Below, piece by piece: positions 51,150 through 62,962 of a stretch of 64,000 nt of DNA. The notes beneath the pieces are model-generated. The model was not told where the DNA came from, ran no database searches, and worked only from the letters and a program-made list of their open reading frames with translations. The stretch comes from Felis catus. Lineage: Eukaryota. Position 1 is the stretch's first letter. Every line of letters begins with the position of its first letter. Location of the stretch: the NCBI RefSeq assembly GCF_018350175.1, contig NC_058368.1, positions 200,696,001 through 200,760,000 on the forward strand, given 5' to 3'. The translations under genes were made by a program, and so were the position numbers.

Positions 51150-51700
51150 TGTGGCAGATGGACTCTCAGGCACCCTTCTCCACCTCATGATCCCCACCTC
51201 CTGGTCTTTTACCTTCGTGTAATCAATCATCTCCCTTTGATTGTGGGTTTGACCTATGATTTTCTTTTTCTGTTACATTATATAAGGCCTCTTTTTGGTA
51301 GCAGATACTCTAGGAGACTCTTCTTGTTGGCCTCATGAAGTAAGCAGCCACTTTGAGGAGGCCCACGTAGCAAAGAATTCTTGGCAACATCTAGAAGTTG
51401 TGGGTAGCCTCCACCCAATAGTCAGCCAGAAGCTGAATGCCTCAGTTCTACAGACAGAAGGACCTGGATTCTGCCAACAACCTAAATGACCTTGGAAATG
51501 AATTCCTTCCCTAGTAGAGCCATCGGATGAGAATCTATCCCTGGCAAGCACTTTGCTTGCAGCCTTGTGAGATCCTAAACAGAGGATGCAACTGAGATGT
51601 GGCCGACTCCATACCGCAGGAACTGTGAGATAATAAATGGTATTGTTTTCAGCATCTAGGTTTGTGGTAATTTGTTATTCCATAATCGATAACTAATACA
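51150..51700 (+). mobile_element. MLT1E/F-like solo LTR
   Basis: TG...CA termini (tgtggcagatg ... aactaataca); 'ggattctgccaacaacc', 'gcagccttgtgaga', 'aactgtgagataataaatgg'. Confidence 0.9.
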
Positions 51701-53052
51701 AATGAAGAGAAGTGGAGTGGAAGACAAGGAGACAGATCAGAGGGTCTTCTGTGTCACACTAATGATGGGTTAAAGAATGTACCAGTAGAATTAAAAACAT
51801 AGCCGTTAAGTTCCTGTTCCAACAGCCTAGTGAAGAGATAATAAAGGCTTTAAGGTAGTAACAGAGGAAATGAAGAAGCATATCTCTAGTGGACAGTTGT
51901 GGAGCTAAATGATTCTAGACAGAGGATGCCACAAGCAAAACCTAGTATCCACACCCACCCTCCACCTCCATCACACACACAGAGAATACCTGTCTTTATT
52001 GAAAATAAAAAATAATTTTAAAATTATTAATTTAACCTACATGTATTAAATGCTTATCGTATTCTAGGCATTGCATTTTTTTAACTGCCTGGAAGTAATA
52101 AGTGATAAGGAAAAGCATACACATGCATTTCTACAAGATTTGACTTAATGAACAAAAAATGTCACCAGGTGACTGATCCAGTCTACTGTCTCTGACGTTG
52201 GCTCCAAGGGGGCATGATGTGGCTATTCCTTTGAGCTTGAAGTTCTAGGGATATCTCAGGAATCCACTAGTTTTCTTCAGTAACCTTCATGATTATCAGA
52301 AAGGCCCAACAAAGCTGGTCTGAAAAATATTAATCTGACTCAGGAATAGAGTCATTATGCTCCGCAAGATGAGGAATAGTTCCTATCTGGGAGTTGTACA
52401 GAAAGAGACATTAATTGAGAACCTAAAAGTATATCCATATCGAGAAGGAAACATGGTAAATACACTTAGAGTACTCAGAAATGGTGTTTCCTCCTTCTAA
52501 TTCTAGTCCCAAAGGAATCCCTATGTTCTCAGCCACCTTGTTTCCTTTCTTTGTCACAATAATTAATTCAATTGTCCGAGTATATTTGGAAAATAGCTAT
52601 GTTTTACTCTATAATTTATCATCTTTTTGAGATGAGCTTTGTGATTATATTCTCTACTGGAAAAGCAAAAATAATTATCAGATTTTGATGGTAATTTTCA
52701 TCGTTAAAATCAGTTTTTAATCATTAAAATCAAATTTAGCAGATTGAAGCAAGTGGCAAAGAAATTCAGGAAACAACTGTCCCAACATATGGTGAGTATA
52801 AAAAGGAATATTTTTCTCCTTTGTACAACATTGGAGACCAAGCTTGTTTAATAATGGACTTCCACATTGTCTGATACTACCAGAGATTGTCTTGTCTTTG
52901 GCGACCTAACTCTATGATGTCCATTCTGTTTTCATACGGATATTTACCAAAGTTATTTTCAAAGTTGACCTTTTAATATACATGGGAACATGTGTTACCA
53001 CCCATAATCCCTCTTCTCTATGAGCTTCTTAAAACTGTTAGAAATGTTTTAT

Positions 53053-53577
53053 TGGGATAGCTAATCTTCAAAGATGTCCTCACAATAGACCATACCTGCC
53101 AGTATTTGTGCTCTTTAGTGCCTCCTCCTTAAGCTGACTGATGCTGTAACAAGCTTAGAGCTAATGCACAGCAACAAAAATGATTCTGTATGATTGTCAA
53201 GGCTACATTAGAAGAAAGTTTGCAGTTTTTGCTTTGATGTCTTGGGTTGCTTGCTCAGGAAGCCAGGCACAATGTAAGATAATCGCCCTCCCAGGATACC
53301 GCCAGGTTGCAAGGAAACTCAAGGCGAGTATGTGGTGAGGCCTTGTGAAGAGACAGATCCCAGCCAGCTCCTAACAAACACCTCCAGCCATCCCAGCCTA
53401 AGTGCCTGATGAAGAAGCCATCCTGGTCATCTAGCCATCCGACTGAGCCATGACTCAATTTCAGTCTCCTGAGAGACTCCAAGAACTGACCAGCTGAGCC
53501 CAGTCAACCTGCAGAATTGTTATTTTAAGCTGCTAAGTTTTGGGTGCTTTATTACATGGCAATTGGCAACTGAAATA
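53053..53577 (+). mobile_element. MLT1G/H-like solo LTR
   Basis: 'ccagccatcccagcc', 'gaagaagccatc', 'cagctgagcccagtcaacc...ttgttattttaagctgctaagttttggg...aactgaaata'. Confidence 0.82.
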
Positions 53578-54029
53578 GTCATTCCATGAAAAAATTGGTT
53601 TGTTGCCTTTACTTAGTCATCATCTGTTACTTCATGAAAAGGTCAAGTACAGAGGAGTTGAATTTTACGTGAATCACAATTTTAAGAGTAAAATTTTTAT
53701 GCACATGTATAAGCAAGAACTCACTTGCCTTTGTGACTTTTAAACAGTTTTATTTCTCATTTGATAAGCATTTTAGCACTGGCAGAAACCAAAAAAATGA
53801 TTTCAAAAATAGTTTCTCTTATTTCTGAAAAGATCAAAATGTGGAGTCATTCATATAATAAATGCAAGCCTCTGCCAAAGTTGATTTACCACTTAAAATT
53901 TATCCAAACCTTCAATTTTTACCAAGGAACATATCTGTCTTGGAACATTTAGTTTCTCTCACTTTCCAACGTGCGCAGTAGCGGTTGGTTTGCTTATCAG
54001 GCCCATTTACGTCATTGGATTACTGAATA

Positions 54030-54150
54030 AAAGAATTCAACACACATATTTGAGTGGTAGTGATATGCCAGGCACTACAGTAGGTGCTGGGAAATGGAAC
54101 AGTAAACAAAGCTGACTTGGTCCCTAACTATTTGGAGTTTACAGATTAGT
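54030..54150 (-). mobile_element. L2 3' end
   Basis: 'attcaacacacatatttgagt...atgccaggcactacagtaggtgctggg...gtccct...ggagtttacagattagt'. Confidence 0.75.
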
Positions 54151-54165
54151 AGAAATGACCATCGC

Positions 54166-54706
54166 CAGAGGTTTCCAAGTTTTCTCTGTGGACCTCATAT
54201 TTTCTAATTGAGTTTTTTCACAGTGCTCCTAGACAATAAGAGTACCTAACACTCAATTTAAGAAGTAGTGAAGTCCAAATAATTTAACATGTATTTTTGT
54301 TCTAACAACTTTCTATATATAACCAGCACACATAAATTTAAAGAAAAAATTCATTCTTGCATAACTACAATGACTTAGTAATGCAATGTATGCAGCTGTG
54401 GGGCACTGGAATCAGATTGGACATCTTCTGTTTTACACTGATTTATGTGTAGTGCTTTCTTTTTATTACAGGAACCACTGCAAACTCAGCTGCATGAAGA
54501 TATGATGACATTGTATCTTTTAGCACCATCTAATACAGAAACTGTGAACTATCTTGGGCTTATAGTTTATATAGTTCCAGCAGATATCAAATATCGCTGT
54601 GTTTCCTTCAAACTTTTAAAGTTAAAACATTTTTAATATCCTTTGGCCCCACTGGGAGTTTACTGCAGTGCCCCAGTGTGCCCGGGTGTGCAGGTTGGGA
54701 ACCAAA
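54166..54706 (-). mobile_element. hAT-Charlie DNA transposon relic (Charlie4a-like)
   Basis: TIR-like ends cagaggtttccaag ... ggttgggaacca; internal 'ggaatcagattggaca', 'aaactgtgaacta', 'atcgctgtgtttcc'. Confidence 0.75.
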
Positions 54707-55544
54707 GAAAAGACGAAGAATGCAGAATAATGTAGACTGGCTGCAATGTCAGAGTTGGGTACTTGCACGGATTCCCCTCCCAGGCTCAGCACAGGTCAGC
54801 TGCCAGATTAAAATTTAATGCAAATTTGCTTCATCAAAATAACAACCTAACAAAGTTTAGTAATATCTGATGTATTTATGAGTGGGCAAAATCTGCTCTA
54901 CTAAATTCATGAAATCCAAAGGTCAATTATATCTAAGTAGAGTTTGAAATTAAATAATTAGTCATGACAGGAGCTATCAAGGCAGAAAAAAAGATATAGA
55001 ATACACATTTGTCCTCTGGATATAGCATATTTGGTCTTTCAACATGAAGAGTGAAATCTTTTTTCTTATATTTCAGAGATTCACTGTGATGTGGAGGTAA
55101 AAGTCCTCTCTGACCACATATGGTACAGAGAGAAAAAAAAATCTTAGAACTTTTATAACCCATTTATTACATACTATATATATATATATAATATATTTAT
55201 TATATATTATAAATATACAGGTTATAAAATACTCTATACCTACTTGGAACAAACTAGTCTTTGTTATCAGAAAGATAACTTAGATTTAATCTACAAAATA
55301 AGATATAAGAATTTGGTTATTAAGCTAAAAAACAATTATATGTACAAAAAATCTCATGACAAGATCCTTTACATTGTATCATTTAATACAGAGAAAGATT
55401 GTGAAAAAAAGGAAATAGCTCTATGAAATATCAAATTAATTTCAAGAGCACTTATCATGTATCAGGCTTTTAACATGTATTCATAGCTAACAATGAAACA
55501 TTTACTATTGTTAACCAACTGAATTGTCTGGAACAGAAATTGAG

Positions 55545-55851
55545 CATTGCCAGCCCATTGGCCATTTTCACTTGGTGATGTTTTCTGGCCTACACCCCTT
55601 GGAAATTTTTGAATGTAAAATTAACATTTAAAATGGAATTATTTCACAAAGAAATTTGGATTATGAGTTCCTTATGTACACTGGAAGATCTGACATACGT
55701 GGCCTAGAAGGACCCATCTAATGCTATGTGGGGTGGGGGGTGTCCTTAAATGGGCCATTCATGGAGTACCTGGCTGGCTGGGTCAATAGAACATGTAACT
55801 CTTGACCTCAGGGTCATCAGTTCAAGCCCCACGTTGGGCATAGAGCCTACT

Positions 55852-55896
<45 letters not shown>

Positions 55897-56010
55897 ATAG
55901 TTCATTCTCCAGTGTAACACATTCCCTTCTGTTCCCTATTTTATTTTATTCTACTTATTTAACTTATAATTTATGCTTGGGCCTATAAGCATTTGAGTTT
56001 GTGAATCCTG
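55545..56010. mobile_element. MER102-like hAT element interrupted by a short Can-SINE
   Basis: 'atttcacaaagaaatttggatt...ggaagatctg' and end 'gcctataagcatttgagtttgtgaatcctg'. Confidence 0.6.
55763..55897 (+). mobile_element. Short Can-SINE with (TAAA)n tail
   Basis: ggagtacctggctggctgggtcaatagaacatgtaactcttgacctcagggtcatcagttcaagcccc...gcctacttaaaa(ataa)n. Confidence 0.9.
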
Positions 56011-56646
56011 CTAGAAGATAGATGATTTATCTAGATAATGTCTGAATTGTAAGGATAATTGCAGAATTATGATAAATATTTTAACATAGAGAAAATAAAA
56101 TATACCTTAGTTTTATAAAGCACACCCATAAGTCAGCTTTTTCACCCATCCCTTTGGAAGAAGTGCAAAGAGAAAACAATATTTAATGTCTCTTCAATCA
56201 CAACCAAGTTTTACAAACTCAACTTGCCATGTAAACCTCCGGTGAGGGAGATTTTCAGGAAAGCAATTGATGAGAAGTAGTGATCATGTAGAAAGATGAA
56301 AGTCTAAACGCAGTAAAAGGTAAATATCATTTTCTAGTAAAATTTTAAATTATAGATTAAATAAAATTTATAAGGATAGGAAACTGCAAATGACTAAAAG
56401 TAAATAAAAATGCCTCACCTTCTCTATGAAGCTTACCACCCTTTTTAAATAGAACATAGCATGTTTTAATTCCAACATTTACTTATTTTTGTATTATTTC
56501 TTTTAAAAGCAATTTGAGGTGATTCATAAAATTTAGTGCAGTGTAGTTAAGATGCAGAAAGTCATAGAACATAAGAGGATGGATAATCATCATAGTTAAT
56601 TCAGAATATTGTATTTGTGCACAAATTTAGAAAGAAATGTCTTGAT

Positions 56647-56845
56647 GGGTGCCTGGGTGGCTCAGTCGGTTGAGTACCCGACTTCAGCCCAGGTCATGAT
56701 CTCACAGTTCATGTGTTTGAGCCCCACATCAGGCTTTGCACTGACAGTGTGGAGTGTGCTTCAAGTTTTCTGCTCCCTTTCTCTTTGCCCCTCCTCTGCT
56801 CACACACTCTCTCTTTCAAAAATAAATAAGCATTAAAAAAATAAT
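56647..56845 (+). mobile_element. Can-SINE
   Basis: gggtgcctgggtggctcagtcggttgag head, CT region and tail. Confidence 0.93.
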
Positions 56846-57009
56846 AAGTCTCCTGGTATCGAAAACAAAAATTTAAATAGATGATAGAGAGATAGAGAGA
56901 TAGATAAATGGATGGATTCTTGGTAAACAATTCTGTCTGTGGTAGGCTGGATACACATTTATCCAAAAAAACATTTCTGCATAAATTGAAAGGTAAATGT
57001 TACATGTGG

Positions 57010-58055
57010 TACTTTATTTATAATAAGGTTTGGCTGTATATTAAAAAACAAATAATGATAGCATAAACAGTGTGGTAGGCAACATTTTCAAATGTTCTCC
57101 AAGATTCCCATTCCCTGATATTTGTTTTCTGTATAACCCTCTTCACCGGAGTGTGGGCCTAGGAACTTAATGAATTTCAATTTCGTGATTAAGTTGTACT
57201 ATATGAAAAGGTGAAGGGATTTTTCAGATGCCATTGAGGTACTAAATCAATTGACTTTGAATTCATCAAAAGGAGATTATTCTGGGCAAGGCTGACCTAC
57301 TCAGATGAGCCCTTAAAAGGAACTGGGCCTTTCCTAAAAAAAAGAGATTAGAGGCAACACACCAGAGAACCTCCTGCTGGATTTGAGGAAGTAAGCTACA
57401 AAGTTATGAAAGTTTCCATGAAGAAGACCATCCGAAAAAGATCTCCAGATAGTCTCCAAAATCTGAGAGCCATTCCTTCCTGATGACTAGCAAGAAAATG
57501 TAACTTCAGTGCAACAACCACCATGACCTGAATTCTGCCAACCCAGGACTTGGGAAGAGGCTCCGGAGCATTATGTGAGATTGTAGTCCCAGCCAATGCC
57601 TTGAGTTCAGCCTCGTGAGGCTCTGAGCAGAGAACACAGCTTATCCACACCTTGCATTCTTGTATTTACCCATAGTAAATGGGTGATGTTTTAAACCCCT
57701 AACTTTGTGGTAAATCTGTTCCACAGCAATAGAAGACTAATACAACAGCATATAATCTCATTTCTCTTTCACCTCAAAGTACCCTGGAGATGAGTAGCCC
57801 GGGACCAGTATGTTATTTGAGTCAACAGGATCCAGCCAGCTCTGTCTATGACTTTGCCATTCTTTCTATGTCACTTCATCATACAAAATGGTGGCTCAAA
57901 ATCCAGCAATCGCATCTAGTAAATAAAAAGATGAAAGAGGGTAAGAAAGGGCACATCCATTCCTCTTTAAGAAGGCCTTGTGCTTTTATCTTCTGGCCAT
58001 AATTTAGCTACCAGCCATGTTAGCTGCATATATGGTTGAGTAAATGAAAGATTTC
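57010..58055 (-). mobile_element. Older MLT1 (J/K/L-like) LTR, split by the MLT1E-like LTR
   Basis: 'aaaatggtggctcaaaatccagcaatcgcatc' and 'ttttatcttctggccataatttagc...tagctgca' resemble old MLT1 in reverse orientation. Confidence 0.55.
57071..57744 (+). mobile_element. MLT1E-like solo LTR
   Basis: tgtggtaggc ... gactaataca termini; 'ttgactttgaattcatcaaaaggagattattctggg', 'tgaattctgccaac'; aacag on both sides. Confidence 0.9.
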
Positions 58056-58275
58056 TTTTTTTTAAATTTTTTTTCAACGTTTATTTATTTTTTTTGGGAC
58101 AGAGAGACAGAGCATGAACGGGGGAGGGGCAGAGAGAGGGAGACACAGAATCGGAAACAGGCTCCAGGCTCTGAGCCATCAGCCCAGAGCCTGACGCGGG
58201 GCTCGAAGTCACGGACCGTGAGATCGTGACCTGGCTGAAGTCGGACGCTTAACCGACTGCGCCACCCAGGTGCCC
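58056..58275 (-). mobile_element. Young felid Can-SINE
   Basis: TSD taaatga(a/g)agatttc (58041-58055 / 58277-58291). Confidence 0.97.
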
Positions 58276-59753
58276 TTAAATGAGAGATTTCAACAAGCTA
58301 GAGAAACAGAAAGGTAGCATGCCACTAGATTATCTCTCTTAAATGAAAGCTATCTTAGGGGCTAGTTTACAACAAACTTGTATGTATTTTTTGGAAGAGG
58401 GATCTATATGCTGTACAAATTATAGAGAACACCAGACTTTGAATCCAATCACAGTTCCACAATTTAATATGCAGATTGAGAGGCTTGAGTAATTTTTCTG
58501 AGCATCAGCTTGTTTTTGTAATCTGTGAAGTTTAGGCAATTATTCTAAAGTGTAGGCATTGTTGGGGAGATTAAGTAAGAACACAAAGACATATAGGAGA
58601 TGCAATGCCAGTTATGAAAGGTTACCCTTCAGTATGTTAGCTGCATTCACTTACCAAGGAGTGAGGATCATGAGGTCATGCTAGTTAGGAATATTATTTT
58701 TATCAAATAAGGACTTTTGCATCAGCTTCAGCATTTGGGCAAATATGTAATTGAAACCAGATAACTGCAATACATATCATGGATAGGGAAAAAACGAATG
58801 TGTTTTTAATCTACCAGCTTGTTCACAATTTATCTAAACACTATAGGAAAATGAAGTGGAATTTCAGTACACTTGTCAGGGAATGAATTAGTTCCCCAAA
58901 GTATGGCCATGTAACTGAGTAAAATAATCTATTTGATAAGGCCCCTTAAGATAGTCAACTTCAATATCAAAGAATATCTTTTAAGAATGCTGAATTATGT
59001 TAGATTGACATTTACTTACTTTGTTGATGATTAACCAACAATTTTAGCTGCTATTTAAGGTTGCTCGGTTGGACATTTAGACATAGTAAACCAGTTTGTT
59101 AATGTTGAGGAGGTATCAGTTTCTTATTTACTAGAACTGGTAGACATTCATCTATTCTCCTTATTAGATAGTATACACTGTGTTTACTGAAAAGTTAAAA
59201 TAAAATCAGGGTGAGGGGATTAAGACAGAGCCCTACTTTCATCACGCAAGATATTTAAATACCTGTTTTGTATGTCAAAGAAATCTTTTCTCTGTGCTCT
59301 GGTTTTCACTGTAGTACCAAAAAACAGGCTTGAGAAATGTATTAATAGACTTAAAATAAATGACAGGCTTTATGATTCAGACTTGAGAGGCTCCCGTAAG
59401 TGGAATCAAAATCTGACAAGAGATTTACGAATTCTACAAACATAACCCTCCTCCATAACTATTTTATTATTCTCAATCACTTGCTCTATAAGATAAAATA
59501 ATGTATATAGCACAATGATCACGGTTGGAGTGGCTGTAAACCAAAGTGGATTCTCTCACACACAAGATGTAAGATTGAATGATCTAGTCTTGTCGTTTTG
59601 TTTAGATAGATAGGTGGTATGTTTCGAGGGCATATGCAGAATGCTAATTGGGCCCATGTATTTTGGATTAATGTGTATGTGAATTGAGCATATTTTTGTT
59701 ATATATAAATAACAAAATATATATGTAGTATATATTTCTATATATATCTCCTA

Positions 59754-59786
59754 TACACACACACACACACACACACACATACACAT
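59754..59786. repeat. (CA)n microsatellite with adjacent AT-rich tract
   Basis: Seen directly. Confidence 0.92.
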
Positions 59787-62513
59787 ATGCCTTTAGATGT
59801 ACATTTGCATTTTGTAGTATATGCATTTGCATTTCAAGAATACTAGCAGTACCAAATTGCTTTATACTAAAGACAAATAGAAATTTTAGGAAATTTTTAT
59901 TCATTTATGTTCTCAATTATTTTTCTCAATTTTGTGGTTATGTGTAAGACATCTAGATATTAAACACCTATAGATAAGAAAAAGCAAACATCAATGAAAA
60001 ATAACAGGAAATTCAACATAAAATAAATGTCCACCTAGTAATATAACATAAATGTCTATGAGTATGTGGAGGAGTATCTTACTTGATATTGACAAATCCA
60101 TCAAGTTTATTTTAAAAACCTACGGAATTTACCTAAAACTATCAGGTAATTATGGAAAATTAAGAATAAAGTGTCACATATTTTTCTTTTTTAAAAAAAG
60201 CATACTTACCTTTGTTACATTGGATGTAACAGAAACTACCATAATTTACAATTACAAATTTCCTGATTAAAATTTGTCAATAATTTACTTCTTTAATGAT
60301 TACCTTTATAAGCCATTCAAACAGCAGTTTTACAGAAAATCCCCCCCTTTTTTTAAAAGAAAAAATATTCCTGAATTATAAATAATTGAGCCCTATTATT
60401 GTCTGTGCGTGGGCCAGGGAGTAGGAGAAAGTGGAGTAGTTAGCCTTAATTATCTGGATAATTTATTTCTGTCAACCCAGCCTTGGTGCCCTTTCCTTTC
60501 AAAACTGAAAAGTTATATTAGAAATTATAGTTCGTCTTAAAGGAACTGTAACATTAGAGATGACATTTCAGCACATTTGTGGATAAGTTATTTTCACTAT
60601 GTCACCTTTCCCTGTGATAGTTGTGCAGTCTTCCTATGCTAGGATAGAGATTGAGAGAGTAGATGACAGGAGGGTCAGGGGACTCTTCTCTCTCACTCGA
60701 AGGCTCCTACCATTGCCATCTGAAATCAGATTGTTAGCATGTCAGCTCAGTCTGTCAGAATCCCCTGAGTGCTGCTCAGCCAGCTAAGAGAAAATACCTT
60801 GTGTATTGGCTGTGGATGTCCCTTAACAACACCCAGTCACTCAGTCATGCAGCCTAAATGGGGCAGCAGACGACACCTTCACACTAGTGTAGGATAACTG
60901 AGCTTTCTGTCGATGTGTCTTGACCTTATAAGAAGGCACAGCAAAGGGCCAGGGTGAAGAGCCCAGAAAGGCTTGATTGCTACTAACCTTCTCTTGTCTG
61001 TTAAAAATGGCAGCTTCTTTTACTCCAGTCAGTCAGAAACAAATGTAATAAAACAATCTTTACTCAGAAAACCAGTAAGGCATTTCTTTTATGCAGTGAT
61101 GAAATACAGCCACTAGATGACACCAAGAGATAGTTTCTATACGTCTGATTAATATCCTACGCTCAATTGCCTGTTCAAAGGTGACATTCCTAGGATTTTC
61201 ATCGAGATCACAGATGTAGGCCAATTAAAGGATCTAAATTTTAGAGTTGCCTTACTGCAATATTAGCAATTGCCATCTAATCAGGAAGACAACATTAAAA
61301 TCAAACGAAACAAAAACAAAACAAACAGCATCGGACGTGGGGTCATTTGGGCACCCAACATGAAACATTTCCACTTTCATGTCTCGCTGTCCATACCATC
61401 AATAAGGTGTGCTGGGGAAGTCCCTACCGTTACTGTCATTTTGGAAGGTTTCTGCCAGTACTCTACCATAAAACCTTCTCAAGGACTTGAAATTCAACTG
61501 TAATACTTCTCTCCAGTTTACATTTTATAATCCAAGTCTCAGCAATACGCGTCCTCGTGTGGTTGCAAACAGTTGGCCTGCACCTATGTCTGTGTCAGCA
61601 AGAGAAAAAAAACACAACTGCTAGTAAGTGTCCACTCTCAGACGATTATCAGTATTTCAAAAGACAACTCATGTTTTATCTTGGATTTAGTATGCTGATG
61701 GTTCATTACCAAGTTGTAATTTGTGTCCTGGGAATAGTCTTAAACTTTAAAGCAGTAGTTTCCCCCTTTAATGCAATACTGTTTTAGTAGCAAGGTATCT
61801 ATATAATAAGAGTTGCATACAAGTTTCAAAATCTACTGTCTGAACCAGGGAAAATCTCCAGAAGTCCAAGCTCATGAAGAAACAGTTAATATTAAATACA
61901 TAATTCTAATAAATGTTGCTTGAAACAACTTTGTAAAGTTTCTATATTTCAAAAATACAATAATGATTTTGTTTTTAGGCTAGTATTGCCATGTGGTTAA
62001 ATTAAATGCATTTTTTTCACAAAAGATATTTTTTATTAGAAAAAAACTATATTGATTACATAATGGAGAAAATAAATGCTCTTGATTCTAAAAGCACCAT
62101 TTGAGACATATGATCATTTCTAAGAAGCAAATGTGTAGAAATTAACAGAACACAAGGTCATACTCATGTATTGAGTATTAATTTAGTAAAACATATGCAC
62201 ATCCATCACTTTACAAATATAAAATGACAAAGAAAAACAAATACAACTTCATTCTGGAATAACACTTTTTTTGAAATAAGACACTCTATTCTGGTTTTCA
62301 GTACATCTTTTCTGTTTTCTTCATGAATTTTGAACCATTGCACATCTGATTTTCTTGAGTTTTATGGGTTTTCTAAAATTATGGCGAGGTTTTCTTATTT
62401 AAATAGCACTATTATTTTAAAATCAGTATCAGAGACAAATTTCACATGGAGTGTCTCCATTAAAAAATGTTGGCTAGTCTGCATAAGAAACATCAGTACC
62501 TATATAGATTTCC

Positions 62514-62556
<43 letters not shown>

Positions 62557-62578
62557 TTATTTATGTATTTATTTATTT
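62514..62578. repeat. (TTTA)n microsatellite
   Basis: Seen directly; no SINE body attached. Confidence 0.92.
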
Positions 62579-62930
62579 TCTTAAGTGAAAAAACTCGGGA
62601 TGGACCCACTTAAAAACTTGGTGTGTTCTCAATGCCAAGAGTATTAGATTTATTAAAATCTTATGTGTATAATTTTCATAAGAATTACTTTGAAATTCCT
62701 TAAGAATATAGGAAATGAGTCATTCAAAAATATTTTACTTTCCGAAGAAATTTTTGATTATAAGAAATTAGCCATTTTATTTTATTGGACTATGCAGGTG
62801 GTAGAACAGTTTTATACCAGCTACTTATTCCCCCTCTGATTCTGTTGACTTATATCTTCTCTACTAAACTGGTTGTATTAACTTTGCATTTCTGAGAAAA
62901 ATATGGATTTCAAGTCCATAAAATGGAAAA

Positions 62931-62962
62931 TCACACACATGTGCACACACACACACACACAC
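62931..62962. repeat. (CA)n microsatellite
   Basis: Seen directly. Confidence 0.9.

Noticed and set aside
61541..61556. AATACGCGT resembling the miR-137 3' end
   Set aside because: Only 9 nt match; the seed and hairpin are absent. I did not recognise any known miRNA in the window.
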